Part shown: one piece after another, positions 19,900 to 27,369 of the stretch | Layout: each line of letters begins with the position of its first letter | Position numbering within the stretch: position 1 is the first letter of the stretch | IMG/VR virus record: IMGVR_UViG_3300043117_000136 | Span: 1 to 43,110 of that record | DNA: 43,110 nucleotides | Reading direction: 5' to 3' (one strand) | Source: a virus | Lineage: Duplodnaviria > Caudoviricetes | Notes under the pieces: model-generated | What the model saw: the letters and a program-made list of their open reading frames with translations, nothing else | What the model was told of the DNA's origin: nothing | The model's database searches: none | Program-made: the position numbers and the translations under genes

Positions 19900-20978
19900 T
19901 GGTAGGAGATAAGATAATCGTACCCGCGCAGGCGGCAGGTTTTGCGAGCCTGTTCGGGCACATCGAAAAAGGCAGCGGCGACACCCTTAATCTGCCGGAG
20001 GGCATGCTGAACATCGGCGGCAATGGTAAAGGGTATCTTACATCTCAGGAGTCGAACTGGGACCCTTTTGACGCTGCAAACAATGACGGCAGCTTTAGTT
20101 CTGCAAACCTGGGCGATGATATATATATCTACGCCTGCCAGCACTCAAGTGGCACAGCCAAATGGATAGCAAGCAAAAACACTACCGTCCCCACCGGGTA
20201 CACCACCGGTGATAGCCGCAAGGTGGGCGGTTTCCACGTTGGGCGCTTTCGTGGGATAGCTAACCGCTACGATACCGCATACGTGCCGCCCACGCAGATA
20301 ATCCCCAACAGCTGCTGGGATATCCAGCACCGCCCTACATGCGACCCCACCGGGATGGCTGAGATCGTACCCGGTAGCCTTTGGGCAGATATCTATCTCA
20401 ACAGCGAAGGGTCAGGCACATGGCCGGAAAACGTCCCGGTCAGCAAGTACGGAGCCACCTTGATCCGCGACAATATCTATAGCCGCTCCGACTTCCATCA
20501 GCTGATAAATAACGCCGGAAAACGCCTGCCCACGCCGGAGGAGTTTCTGCGTTATGCTGAGGGTGCGCCCCAGGGGAGCGACACGGACAACGACACAGCA
20601 TGGAGCGATACCAGCAATACCGAACCCACTACAGCAGGCGGAGTTGCAAAGGCTGTCAGTCAGTACAATGTTGTCGACGCTGCAGGGAATTTGTGGGACT
20701 GGCTCGATGCGAACTACGATCTGGGCTTAGAAAATACGGTTGGATGGGTCGAGGATATAGTTAATGTCGGCAAAGATGAAACTATACCCAGGGGCTCGAT
20801 GTTCACATATCTGTATGGCACTAGCACATCTTCCTGGCGCTCCATCAGCGGCGGAGGCAACTGGGACTACGGCGTGGGCTGCGGTTCGCGCTGTCTCTAT
20901 TCGGCTGCGCATCCGTGGGTTTCGACTGGGTATGTGGGTTTGCGCGGCGTCTGTGACGAGATGAAGTGCAAGCGCTGA
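19899..20978 (+). CDS. Mtd-like receptor-binding protein 1 (CLec/FGE-type fold, DGR target type)
   Basis: W.DIYL.S, KRLPT..EF, D.AGNLW.W and GG.W...GSR...P......G.RGVCD motifs. Confidence 0.85.
   Translation: MVGDKIIVPAQAAGFASLFGHIEKGSGDTLNLPEGMLNIGGNGKGYLTSQESNWDPFDAANNDGSFSSANLGDDIYIYACQHSSGTAKWIASKNTTVPTGYTTGDSRKVGGFHVGRFRGIANRYDTAYVPPTQIIPNSCWDIQHRPTCDPTGMAEIVPGSLWADIYLNSEGSGTWPENVPVSKYGATLIRDNIYSRSDFHQLINNAGKRLPTPEEFLRYAEGAPQGSDTDNDTAWSDTSNTEPTTAGGVAKAVSQYNVVDAAGNLWDWLDANYDLGLENTVGWVEDIVNVGKDETIPRGSMFTYLYGTSTSSWRSISGGGNWDYGVGCGSRCLYSAAHPWVSTGYVGLRGVCDEMKCKR
20828..20958 (+). repeat. DGR-type variable region VR1
   Basis: Aligns to 21939-22069 with 13 substitutions in 10 codons and no indels. 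Confidence 0.85.
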
Positions 20979-21006
20979 TAGACCAGATTGAAGGGAGTGA
21001 ATAGAG

Positions 21007-22077
21007 ATGGCAGCAGGAGACAAGATAATCATACCCGCCCAGGCTGCGGGCTTTGCGAGTTTATTCGGGCATATCGAAAAAGGCAGCGGGGATACCCTCA
21101 ACCTGCCTGAAGGGATGCTCAACATTGGCGGGAACGGTAAAGGGTACTTGACATCGCAAGAGACAGACTGGGACCCGTTTGACGCTGCGAACAATGACGG
21201 TTCTTTCAGTTCCGTAACACTGGGCGATGATATCTATATCTACGCTTGTCAGGATGCGAGCGGCACAGCCAAATGGATAGCAAGCAAAAACACTACCGTC
21301 CCCACTGGGTACACCGCCGGGGATAGCCGCAAGGTGGGCGGCTTTCATGTTGGACGATACCGCGGGATAGCAAACCGCTATGATACAGCATACAACCCGC
21401 CGACTCAGATAATCCCCAACAGCTGCTGGGACATCCAGCACCGCCCCACATGCGACCCCACCGGGATGGTTGAGATCGTACCCGGTAGCCTCTGGGCTGA
21501 TATATACCTCAACAGCGAGGGCGTTGGCACCTGGCCGGAAAATATCCCGGTGAGCAAATATGGTGCTACCCTTATTCGCGACAACATCTACAGCCGCAGC
21601 GACTTCCACCAGCTTATAAATAACGCCGGAAAACGCCTGCCCACGCCGGAGGAGTTTCTGCGCTATGCCGAGGGCGCACCACAGGGAAGCGACACCGACA
21701 ACAACACTGCCTGGAGCGATGCCAGCAACACCGGACCCACCACAGCGGGCGGGGTGGCAAAAGCTGTCAGCCAGCACAATATTGTCGATGCCGCAGGGAA
21801 CCTGTGGGAATGGTTGGATGCGCACTATGATCTGGGCTTAGAAAATACGGTTGGATGGGTCGAGGATATAGTTAATGTCGGCAAAGATGAAACTATACCC
21901 AGGGGCTCGATGTTCACATATCTGTATGGCACTAGCACCTCTTCCTGGCGCTCCTTCTGCGGCGGTGGCTACTGGCACTACGGCGTGCACTGCGGTTCGC
22001 GCTGTCTCAATTCGGCTGCGCATCCGTGGGTTTCGGATGGGGCTGTGGGTTTGCGCGGCGTCTGTGACGCCTTATGA
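21007..22077 (+). CDS. Mtd-like receptor-binding protein 2 (paralogue of 19899-20978)
   Basis: Collinear and highly similar to RBP1; same CLec-type motifs. Confidence 0.85.
   Translation: MAAGDKIIIPAQAAGFASLFGHIEKGSGDTLNLPEGMLNIGGNGKGYLTSQETDWDPFDAANNDGSFSSVTLGDDIYIYACQDASGTAKWIASKNTTVPTGYTAGDSRKVGGFHVGRYRGIANRYDTAYNPPTQIIPNSCWDIQHRPTCDPTGMVEIVPGSLWADIYLNSEGVGTWPENIPVSKYGATLIRDNIYSRSDFHQLINNAGKRLPTPEEFLRYAEGAPQGSDTDNNTAWSDASNTGPTTAGGVAKAVSQHNIVDAAGNLWEWLDAHYDLGLENTVGWVEDIVNVGKDETIPRGSMFTYLYGTSTSSWRSFCGGGYWHYGVHCGSRCLNSAAHPWVSDGAVGLRGVCDAL
21939..22069 (+). repeat. DGR-type variable region VR2
   Basis: See VR1; shared invariant 3' end GTGGGTTTGCGCGGCGTCTGTGACG. Confidence 0.85.
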
Positions 22078-22104
22078 TAAAAACTTGAAAAAAGGAGACA
22101 AAAC

Positions 22105-22284
22105 ATGACTAAACAAATCCTGAAACTATTGAAAGAACCTTCAACTTACGCTGGCTTTGCTGGCATCCTTGCGTCAATCGGTGTGTGGGGCATGACTGAA
22201 GATCAGTGGATGCAAGTAGGCTCTGCCCTTGCTGCTGTAGCTGGCGCCGCTGCAATGGTAATCAGCGAAGCCACAAAAGACTAA
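22105..22284 (+). CDS. Holin (59 aa, not in the ORF track)
   Basis: MTKQILKLLKEPSTYAGFAGILASIGVWG...SALAAVAGAAAMVISEATKD; two hydrophobic segments; AAGGAG RBS. Confidence 0.75.
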   Translation: MTKQILKLLKEPSTYAGFAGILASIGVWGMTEDQWMQVGSALAAVAGAAAMVISEATKD

Positions 22285-22469
22285 TGTGGAAAACAATCGC
22301 TCTTGTGCTTGAGGTTCTGCTGAAACTAGCGGCTCTCTGGCACAAGGGCAAGCCCCAAAGGGATACACAAGATGACCGCGAGGACATTACAAATCGCGAC
22401 ACCGATGCTGTTTCTGCTCGTATTGATAAGCTGCTCACAAAAGCCCGCAATCGTGCTGAACGAAGCTAA
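22284..22469 (+). CDS. Inner-membrane spanin (Rz-like)
   Basis: N-terminal hydrophobic anchor plus charged helix; overlaps a lipoprotein gene. Confidence 0.6.
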   Translation: MWKTIALVLEVLLKLAALWHKGKPQRDTQDDREDITNRDTDAVSARIDKLLTKARNRAERS

Positions 22470-22575
22470 AACGGTGGCGCTTGAGCAGGGCGAAAAAGCC
22501 CCTTGGGATGGGTGGCTGCTGACCGATGGAGCATTGACGACACTGCTAGAGGAGGTTGAGGCTTGCCAGAAATAG
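22405..22575 (+). CDS. Outer-membrane spanin lipoprotein (Rz1-like)
   Basis: MLFLLVLIS-C lipobox; overlaps the Rz-like gene in another frame. Confidence 0.65.
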   Translation: MLFLLVLISCSQKPAIVLNEAKTVALEQGEKAPWDGWLLTDGALTTLLEEVEACQK

Positions 22576-22877
22576 ACAACAATCAACATCCATGCCCGCC
22601 CCCGCATGCCCGTTACACTGGATCAGACCGGCGTATCCATTGCTCTTACGCGGATGAAGCGGCAGACAAGGCAGCGCGTAAAGTGATTGCTGAGGTGTTC
22701 GGCGTTGATACGGCGCACCCTGAGCAACTGAAAAACTTGCGGCAATCGCTCATGTTTACGGAACGGCTGATGAAGTATGCAGAGAAAGGAGCGCTGAGCA
22801 TGGTTGCTACGATTGTAGCGTTGCTCGGTGCAGCGGTGTGGGCGAGCATTACATTCAAGTTTACGGGCGGTAAATAA
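22563..22877 (+). CDS. Membrane protein of the lysis region
   Basis: Single C-terminal hydrophobic segment. Confidence 0.6.
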   Translation: MPEIDNNQHPCPPPHARYTGSDRRIHCSYADEAADKAARKVIAEVFGVDTAHPEQLKNLRQSLMFTERLMKYAEKGALSMVATIVALLGAAVWASITFKFTGGK

Positions 22878-22881
22878 ACCA

Positions 22882-22988
22882 TTGACACAATAATCAATAT
22901 CAACTATTCTGAGGTTGCGCTGTTCCCCCTTTGTCCGGCGCTCCCAGAGTTCCCCGGTGCATTTCTCCTTCTGCACCGGGGATTTTTT
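22882..22988 (+). ncRNA. Candidate ~70-nt sRNA with its own promoter and terminator; two anti-SD loops
   Basis: TTGACA-17-TATTCT; hairpin 22917-22941 (loop TTCCCCCTTTGTC); 11-bp stem 22951-22982 (loop TTTCTCCTTC) followed by T6. Confidence 0.55.
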
Positions 22989-23025
22989 GTTTTATACGTA
23001 CATGATGCGCGTTTTGTTTCAACAT

Positions 23026-23598
23026 TTATTTGCCCACAACCAACACGCTAAAATAATGCCATATCGAGGACACATAAGTCTGCATTTGCCCATAATCAGG
23101 GCGCTTGCCGTGCTTTACGCAGTCCGGATGCTCCAGTAAGCGGGATAGCACTGGCCATGTCTGCCATGCGCCACGAGGGCGGCCTAGCTTATCCCATGTG
23201 CCGTATGATTCCGGTTGTCCGCACATATCACGGCCTAGCGCCATTGCTCTGTTGATATACCCGCGCCCACCGTTATACGATGCAAGCGCGGCGCTGATGC
23301 GATCTGAGCCGTAAAGTTCATGCAGCTTGTCGTACTGTTCGCCCAGGTAGGCAACCCCGAACTCTACGTTGTCTTGGATGTTGTGGACGTCGATGCCGTT
23401 ATCCTTTGCCGTTGCGGGCATTATCTGCATAAGTCCAACAGCACCGGCGGGCGACACGGCTTCAGGGTCAAAGCGCGATTCCTGCCACATTTGTGCTTTG
23501 ATTAGGAGCCAGCCGTGCTCCCCGTAGATGTCGAACAGTTCTGGGAACCAGTTTTTTGTAGATTGTTTGATTAGGTCGTCGTAGTAGTTTGTGGGCAT
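23026..23598 (-). CDS. Lytic transglycosylase (SLT domain), probable endolysin
   Basis: QESRFDP.AVS.AGA.GLMQIMP.TA; ALASYNGG. Confidence 0.9.
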   Translation of the reverse strand: MPTNYYDDLIKQSTKNWFPELFDIYGEHGWLLIKAQMWQESRFDPEAVSPAGAVGLMQIMPATAKDNGIDVHNIQDNVEFGVAYLGEQYDKLHELYGSDRISAALASYNGGRGYINRAMALGRDMCGQPESYGTWDKLGRPRGAWQTWPVLSRLLEHPDCVKHGKRPDYGQMQTYVSSIWHYFSVLVVGK

Positions 23599-23599
23599 G

Positions 23600-23935
23600 T
23601 TAAATCCTTTCTTGTGGATGTGGTGGCAACTCCATCCAGTGGGTTACCTCCCCGTAGGGCGCCAGGGTCAGCCGTCCCTTTGATTTTGCGGGGAACGACT
23701 TGACCAGCTTTCGGGCGTATTCCGAATAAAGGACGAAGCTCGAGCCGTCGGGCTGGCCGTGGGCGACCCGGCATTCAACATACGTCAGCCTGTGGCCGTC
23801 GGTAGCCACAAAGCGGAGCAAGTCCTCCGGGAGAAATTCCAGCAAAACGGCCATAAGCTCGGGCCGCTTTGGGTCCGTCCCCGCAGCGGCCAGGGCGCAG
23901 GACAAGGCGGCGTTAAATTCTGAAACGGGAATCAT
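23600..23935 (-). CDS. Single sliding-clamp (DnaN)-like domain protein
   Basis: RPEL..V.....L.FVATDGHRL motif. Confidence 0.65.
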   Translation of the reverse strand: MIPVSEFNAALSCALAAAGTDPKRPELMAVLLEFLPEDLLRFVATDGHRLTYVECRVAHGQPDGSSFVLYSEYARKLVKSFPAKSKGRLTLAPYGEVTHWMELPPHPQERI

Positions 23936-24441
23936 TATTTTTCACTCCGGGTAAAGTCCATCGGCATGATAATAGCGACGCTGTTTTCGCCTTTGAAATA
24001 AACGGGGCCTTTTCCGCCCCCCGCCGAAAACTCCGTCGGATTACCGGAAAGCGCGTCTTTAAAAAAATCAATTTGAATGGCGTACCCGCTGGGAAGGGCG
24101 CGGATAACTTCGCAGTAAATCCGCTCGAAATATTTGCTTACAGGGAGCGTAGAAAGCTCGGAATTTAGCGGGGTAACGCGATTAATATCCGGAAATTGAA
24201 GGCCCTCTTTATTTTCGACTAGGACAATTTCTTTTTTACTCTTCGAAACTACCTCATAAAGCCCCGCGGGTATTTCTTCGGATAGGTTAAACCTGTGCGC
24301 CCTATGACCGTCCGTGGCTTCGATCATGCGGCCCGTCGAATTTATAAGTCCGAAGTTAGGTTTGTTCGGGTCTTTTGAAAGAGCTGCAGCCACAAACAAA
24401 ACCCCGTAAAAATCGCAATACGTTTTGTGTATCCTGATCAT
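23935..24441 (-). CDS. Sliding-clamp-like phage protein
   Basis: ATDGHR, FPD..RV.P and AIIMPM motifs. Confidence 0.6.
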   Translation of the reverse strand: MIRIHKTYCDFYGVLFVAAALSKDPNKPNFGLINSTGRMIEATDGHRAHRFNLSEEIPAGLYEVVSKSKKEIVLVENKEGLQFPDINRVTPLNSELSTLPVSKYFERIYCEVIRALPSGYAIQIDFFKDALSGNPTEFSAGGGKGPVYFKGENSVAIIMPMDFTRSEK

Positions 24442-24507
24442 ATTGGCATTCTCCTGTGGTGGGGAAGCCCGGCCGCTCTGGTAGCCGGCCGGGCGTGTCG
24501 AAAATTC

Positions 24508-24732
24508 CTATTGCATGTAACCATTCGCCCGGAGCTGGTCGTCATTCCAGCCAGCAGCGATAAACGCCTCGTAGGACTGGCCCGCGGCTTTAGCGGTCAT
24601 AACGGGGCCGGCGGGAGGCGCAGGCGGAGCGGCCGGGGCGGAAGGGGGCGCGGGAGCTCCGCCGGGGGGATTCAGGAAATCGGGCGCGGGCGCAACGCCG
24701 GCCGGGACACCGGGCGCGGGGGGCGCCTCCGG
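24508..24732 (-). pseudogene. 3' remnant of a Pro/Ala-tailed phage protein, probably a DUF2815-type SSB
   Basis: Manual translation PEAPPAPGVP...AGPVMTAKAAGQSYEAFIAAGWNDDQLRANGYMQ*; 5' part missing; very high GC. Confidence 0.6.
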
Positions 24733-25258
24733 TTAAAATCTTCATAATATCTTCGGCCAATTCTTCCTCATATTTCTTTTCTTTTGTTTCGATTATTTCC
24801 ACGGTCACTTCAAGATTTGTAAAAATAGCATCAAGATATTCATAACCAAATCGAGCAAGCCTATCTTTGTATTCAATCAGCACCCGTTCAACTTTACCCT
24901 CGAAGCACATCTTGATTAGTTTGTGTATGCCGTTTCGCTTTTCATTTATCCCACTGGCAATCTCATCAATTAAAACATACTTATAACCTTTGGCTTCTGC
25001 GTGTTTTCTCAACCTGTCTTTCTGCCGTTCAAGGTTTTCTTTCTGCTTTGCCGTTGAACATCTTGCGTAAATCACCGTAACCTTTTCTTGCTTCTCTTTC
25101 TCGACACCCATATAAGCGTCTAAATCTTCCTGTCGGAAACGCCTATGTTCGCCAGTAGTCTTGAAAGATTTTATCTTTCCGTTGTTGGCAAGCGTCTTGA
25201 GCGTGTTTATTGACACACCAAGATATTCGCTTGCTTCGGTGATTTTATAGATTTTCAT
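24731..25258 (-). mobile_element. tnpA: IS607-family serine transposase, C-terminally truncated
   Basis: MerR-like HTH, YARCST catalytic Ser, DEIASG, DRLARFG, EELAEDIMKILT; then breaks into unrelated GC-rich sequence. Confidence 0.9.
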
Positions 25259-25797
25259 ACTTCGTTTCCCCAGACATCCCATCCGCTCTGTGGAAACCTA
25301 CAAAACAGCTCTATTCTTGGAATATCCCCACAAAGCCTTATAATTTCATCTCGTATTTCATCAGGCTTGCGACTATGTTCCCGTACTTTATGCCTTTGTA
25401 ATTGCCTAACTCCTGCCGAAAATCTTTTCGGTTTCCCTTTCGTTGCAAGAAGACACATCTCAGGGTTTTTTCTTGTCCACATACCAACACCAAAATGGTC
25501 TTTCCCATGCTTAGTTTCCTTCACCCAAGTGAAACCAATAGTCTTGAATGTAAAACCCCATGACTTTATTGTTTCAAGGGCGTCTTGCAGTTGTGTATCT
25601 ACTACCCACAGAAACAGAACACAGTTTTCATCTGCAATACTTTCAACAGGAAGATTTTTAATATCATCTATTGTCATCAATGGATAATGTTGCTCATTGC
25701 CTCTTTTTTTATCCCGACTAAACTGGCTATTGCTATCCCACGGCGGGTCAGCATAGATAATCTGATACTTCTTATTTGGAAATGGTATTTGTTCCAT
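25255..25797 (-). CDS. MT-A70 family adenine methyltransferase
   Basis: IYADPPW, LFLWV, R.N.E.CL and HSRKP...RIELF.R motifs. Confidence 0.92.
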   Translation of the reverse strand: MEQIPFPNKKYQIIYADPPWDSNSQFSRDKKRGNEQHYPLMTIDDIKNLPVESIADENCVLFLWVVDTQLQDALETIKSWGFTFKTIGFTWVKETKHGKDHFGVGMWTRKNPEMCLLATKGKPKRFSAGVRQLQRHKVREHSRKPDEIRDEIIRLCGDIPRIELFCRFPQSGWDVWGNEV

Positions 25798-25942
25798 CTT
25801 TCAACTCCCTAACTAATTTTTCATTTGCATCCACAATCTTCTGCATATCCTCAACGGATATTTCTTTTTCCAGTGGTTCAAAAAAGTAAACTTTCTCATC
25901 TTCCGTTTCAAAATATTCCTTCGTAACCTTAATGATCTTCAT
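25772..25942 (-). CDS. Small acidic protein (56 aa, not in the ORF track)
   Basis: MKIIKVTKEYFETEDEKVYFFEPLEKEISVEDMQKIVDANEKLVRELKDGTNTISK; AAAGGGG RBS. Confidence 0.7.
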   Translation of the reverse strand: MKIIKVTKEYFETEDEKVYFFEPLEKEISVEDMQKIVDANEKLVRELKDGTNTISK

Positions 25943-25957
25943 GTCTTATTCCCCTTT

Positions 25958-25986
25958 AATATAATCATTTTGCACCTGAAAGTCAA
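25958..25986 (-). promoter_or_regulatory. Promoter of the small ORF-MTase-tnpA cassette
   Basis: TTGACT-17 bp-TATATT on the minus strand. Confidence 0.6.
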
Positions 25987-26035
25987 GTGAATTTAACCGA
26001 TTTATAATGTTTTTGTTGGAATTAATCAAGCAGTT

Positions 26036-26263
26036 TCAACCTCCTTCAACTCGCATCAATGTCAATCGAAGCATCATATAATACCAGTTAATAATATCCC
26101 CAAAGAAGCCTCCGTCTTTTAGGCACTGAACAGCGCTGATAAGGAAAATCAATGGCGATAAAATTATCATCGTCACGCCAAAAATAGTATATAGATATGG
26201 TTTATTTCTGATCCAGCTTCTTAGCTCATGGCGTTTCAGATTTTTCATTATATTCCCCTTCAA
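26036..26263 (-). CDS. Small membrane protein
   Basis: Hydrophobic core; fits the minus-strand operon; ATG 26248 is the likely start. Confidence 0.55.
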   Translation of the reverse strand: MKGNIMKNLKRHELRSWIRNKPYLYTIFGVTMIILSPLIFLISAVQCLKDGGFFGDIINWYYMMLRLTLMRVEGG

Positions 26264-26276
26264 TCACTGGAATCGC

Positions 26277-26453
26277 TCATTTACTTATTCCGGTTGCTTT
26301 TATTTTTTCCAGCAAAGCGATTTTTTCCATGTCCCGTGCTCTTATTTTTTCCATCACCTTGCTTCCTTGAATATAATCGCATTGGTCAGCATGATACTTT
26401 TGCACTTCAATCATCCCATCGATTAATTCAATTTCATGCTCTGTCAGTTTCAT
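26277..26453 (-). CDS. Hypothetical protein (58 aa, not in the ORF track)
   Basis: MKLTEHEIELIDGMIEVQKYHADQCDY...; GAGG RBS. Confidence 0.6.
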   Translation of the reverse strand: MKLTEHEIELIDGMIEVQKYHADQCDYIQGSKVMEKIRARDMEKIALLEKIKATGISK

Positions 26454-26464
26454 TTTTTCCCTCT

Positions 26465-27130
26465 CTATCCGCTCAATTTCAGATCATTAAAAACCACTGG
26501 AATCCGCTTTGCAAACTCAGCCAGAAGTGGTATCGCAATCTCCCGCATCTGAGGGTGTGCCGTAGTATCTGTGCGCAACTTGAAAAAGTGTCTCCATTCT
26601 CTCAAGTTTGCGGTCATTACCAACTCAGTCTTTAAACTGCTAGGTAAAACAGATCTGGCTTGTTGAGGGGTCCAACCTTTTGCACGAAGATACTTATAAT
26701 CTTTTTCAGCCTCATTCATTGCTGTCATCCAAATAAACTCATCATCACCGAAATAAGACAGTTCTTCTTCACTACAAAAATCAAAGTCGTTGTACTCGCC
26801 AGGCTCAACGTCTACCCATGGTGGAAGAATAAAGGTAATGTGTCCTTCCTTATGGTCGCAGTACCGTGTGCTCTCCTGGCTGTAGCTCGCAATCCTATGG
26901 CGGACGATTTCATGCGACACGCCACGATCACAGATGATACGCACAGTGACTGTGACATGCTCAAAAACCGACTCATGCCCACGTGCTAGGAGCATCTCTA
27001 CAAACATTGGTGCGGAATCGGCAGTGATCTTGTCCTCGCTTTTGTAGCAGGTTCTGCCTGCAAGCTCGATCATCTGTAGTGGTTCTGGAGTAATGTGAAG
27101 AATCTTGGTAGAGGGTTTAATCAATAACAT
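26465..27130 (-). CDS. thyX: FAD-dependent thymidylate synthase
   Basis: GHESVFEH, RHRIASYSQESTRY signature, AR.VLP, NLREWRHF..LR. Confidence 0.97.
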   Translation of the reverse strand: MLLIKPSTKILHITPEPLQMIELAGRTCYKSEDKITADSAPMFVEMLLARGHESVFEHVTVTVRIICDRGVSHEIVRHRIASYSQESTRYCDHKEGHITFILPPWVDVEPGEYNDFDFCSEEELSYFGDDEFIWMTAMNEAEKDYKYLRAKGWTPQQARSVLPSSLKTELVMTANLREWRHFFKLRTDTTAHPQMREIAIPLLAEFAKRIPVVFNDLKLSG

Positions 27131-27144
27131 GGTTAATCCTCTTT

Positions 27145-27345
27145 CTATAAGAATTTACGAAGATATTCATGGAAACATTTTTCACAAACAATCCCGTCGC
27201 CGTGGTCGTTTGTTGAATAAAAATCATTTTCAAAGGTACATCTGGAAACTGTATTGCATACGCAGCATCGACAGTTTTTGTAACGGCGTTTTTCGTCTTT
27301 TTTTGTAACAATATGGTCATCTTCAAGGTTGTTGTATTCTTTCAT
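27145..27345 (-). CDS. Small Cys-rich (zinc-finger-like) protein
   Basis: CxxC...CxxC; GAGGGG RBS. Confidence 0.55.
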   Translation of the reverse strand: MKEYNNLEDDHIVTKKDEKRRYKNCRCCVCNTVSRCTFENDFYSTNDHGDGIVCEKCFHEYLRKFL

Positions 27346-27369
27346 TTTGTCCCCTCTTCCCCTTTCTAG

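Noticed and set aside
20828-22069. One VR acting as the template repeat for the other
   Set aside because: Neither copy has A at all variable sites, three sites have no A in either copy, and both lie in intact coding frames.
1383-22108. Many minus-strand and alternate-frame ORFs over the structural genes
   Set aside because: They overlap well-supported, coupled + strand genes and show no motifs.
24427-24747. 106-aa Gly/Arg-rich + strand ORF
   Set aside because: Antisense shadow of the Pro/Ala-rich remnant.
24590-25282. Full-length 230-aa protein or phage serine integrase
   Set aside because: HTH-first IS607 layout with no recombinase/Zn domain; the Arg-rich tail is out-of-frame read-through.
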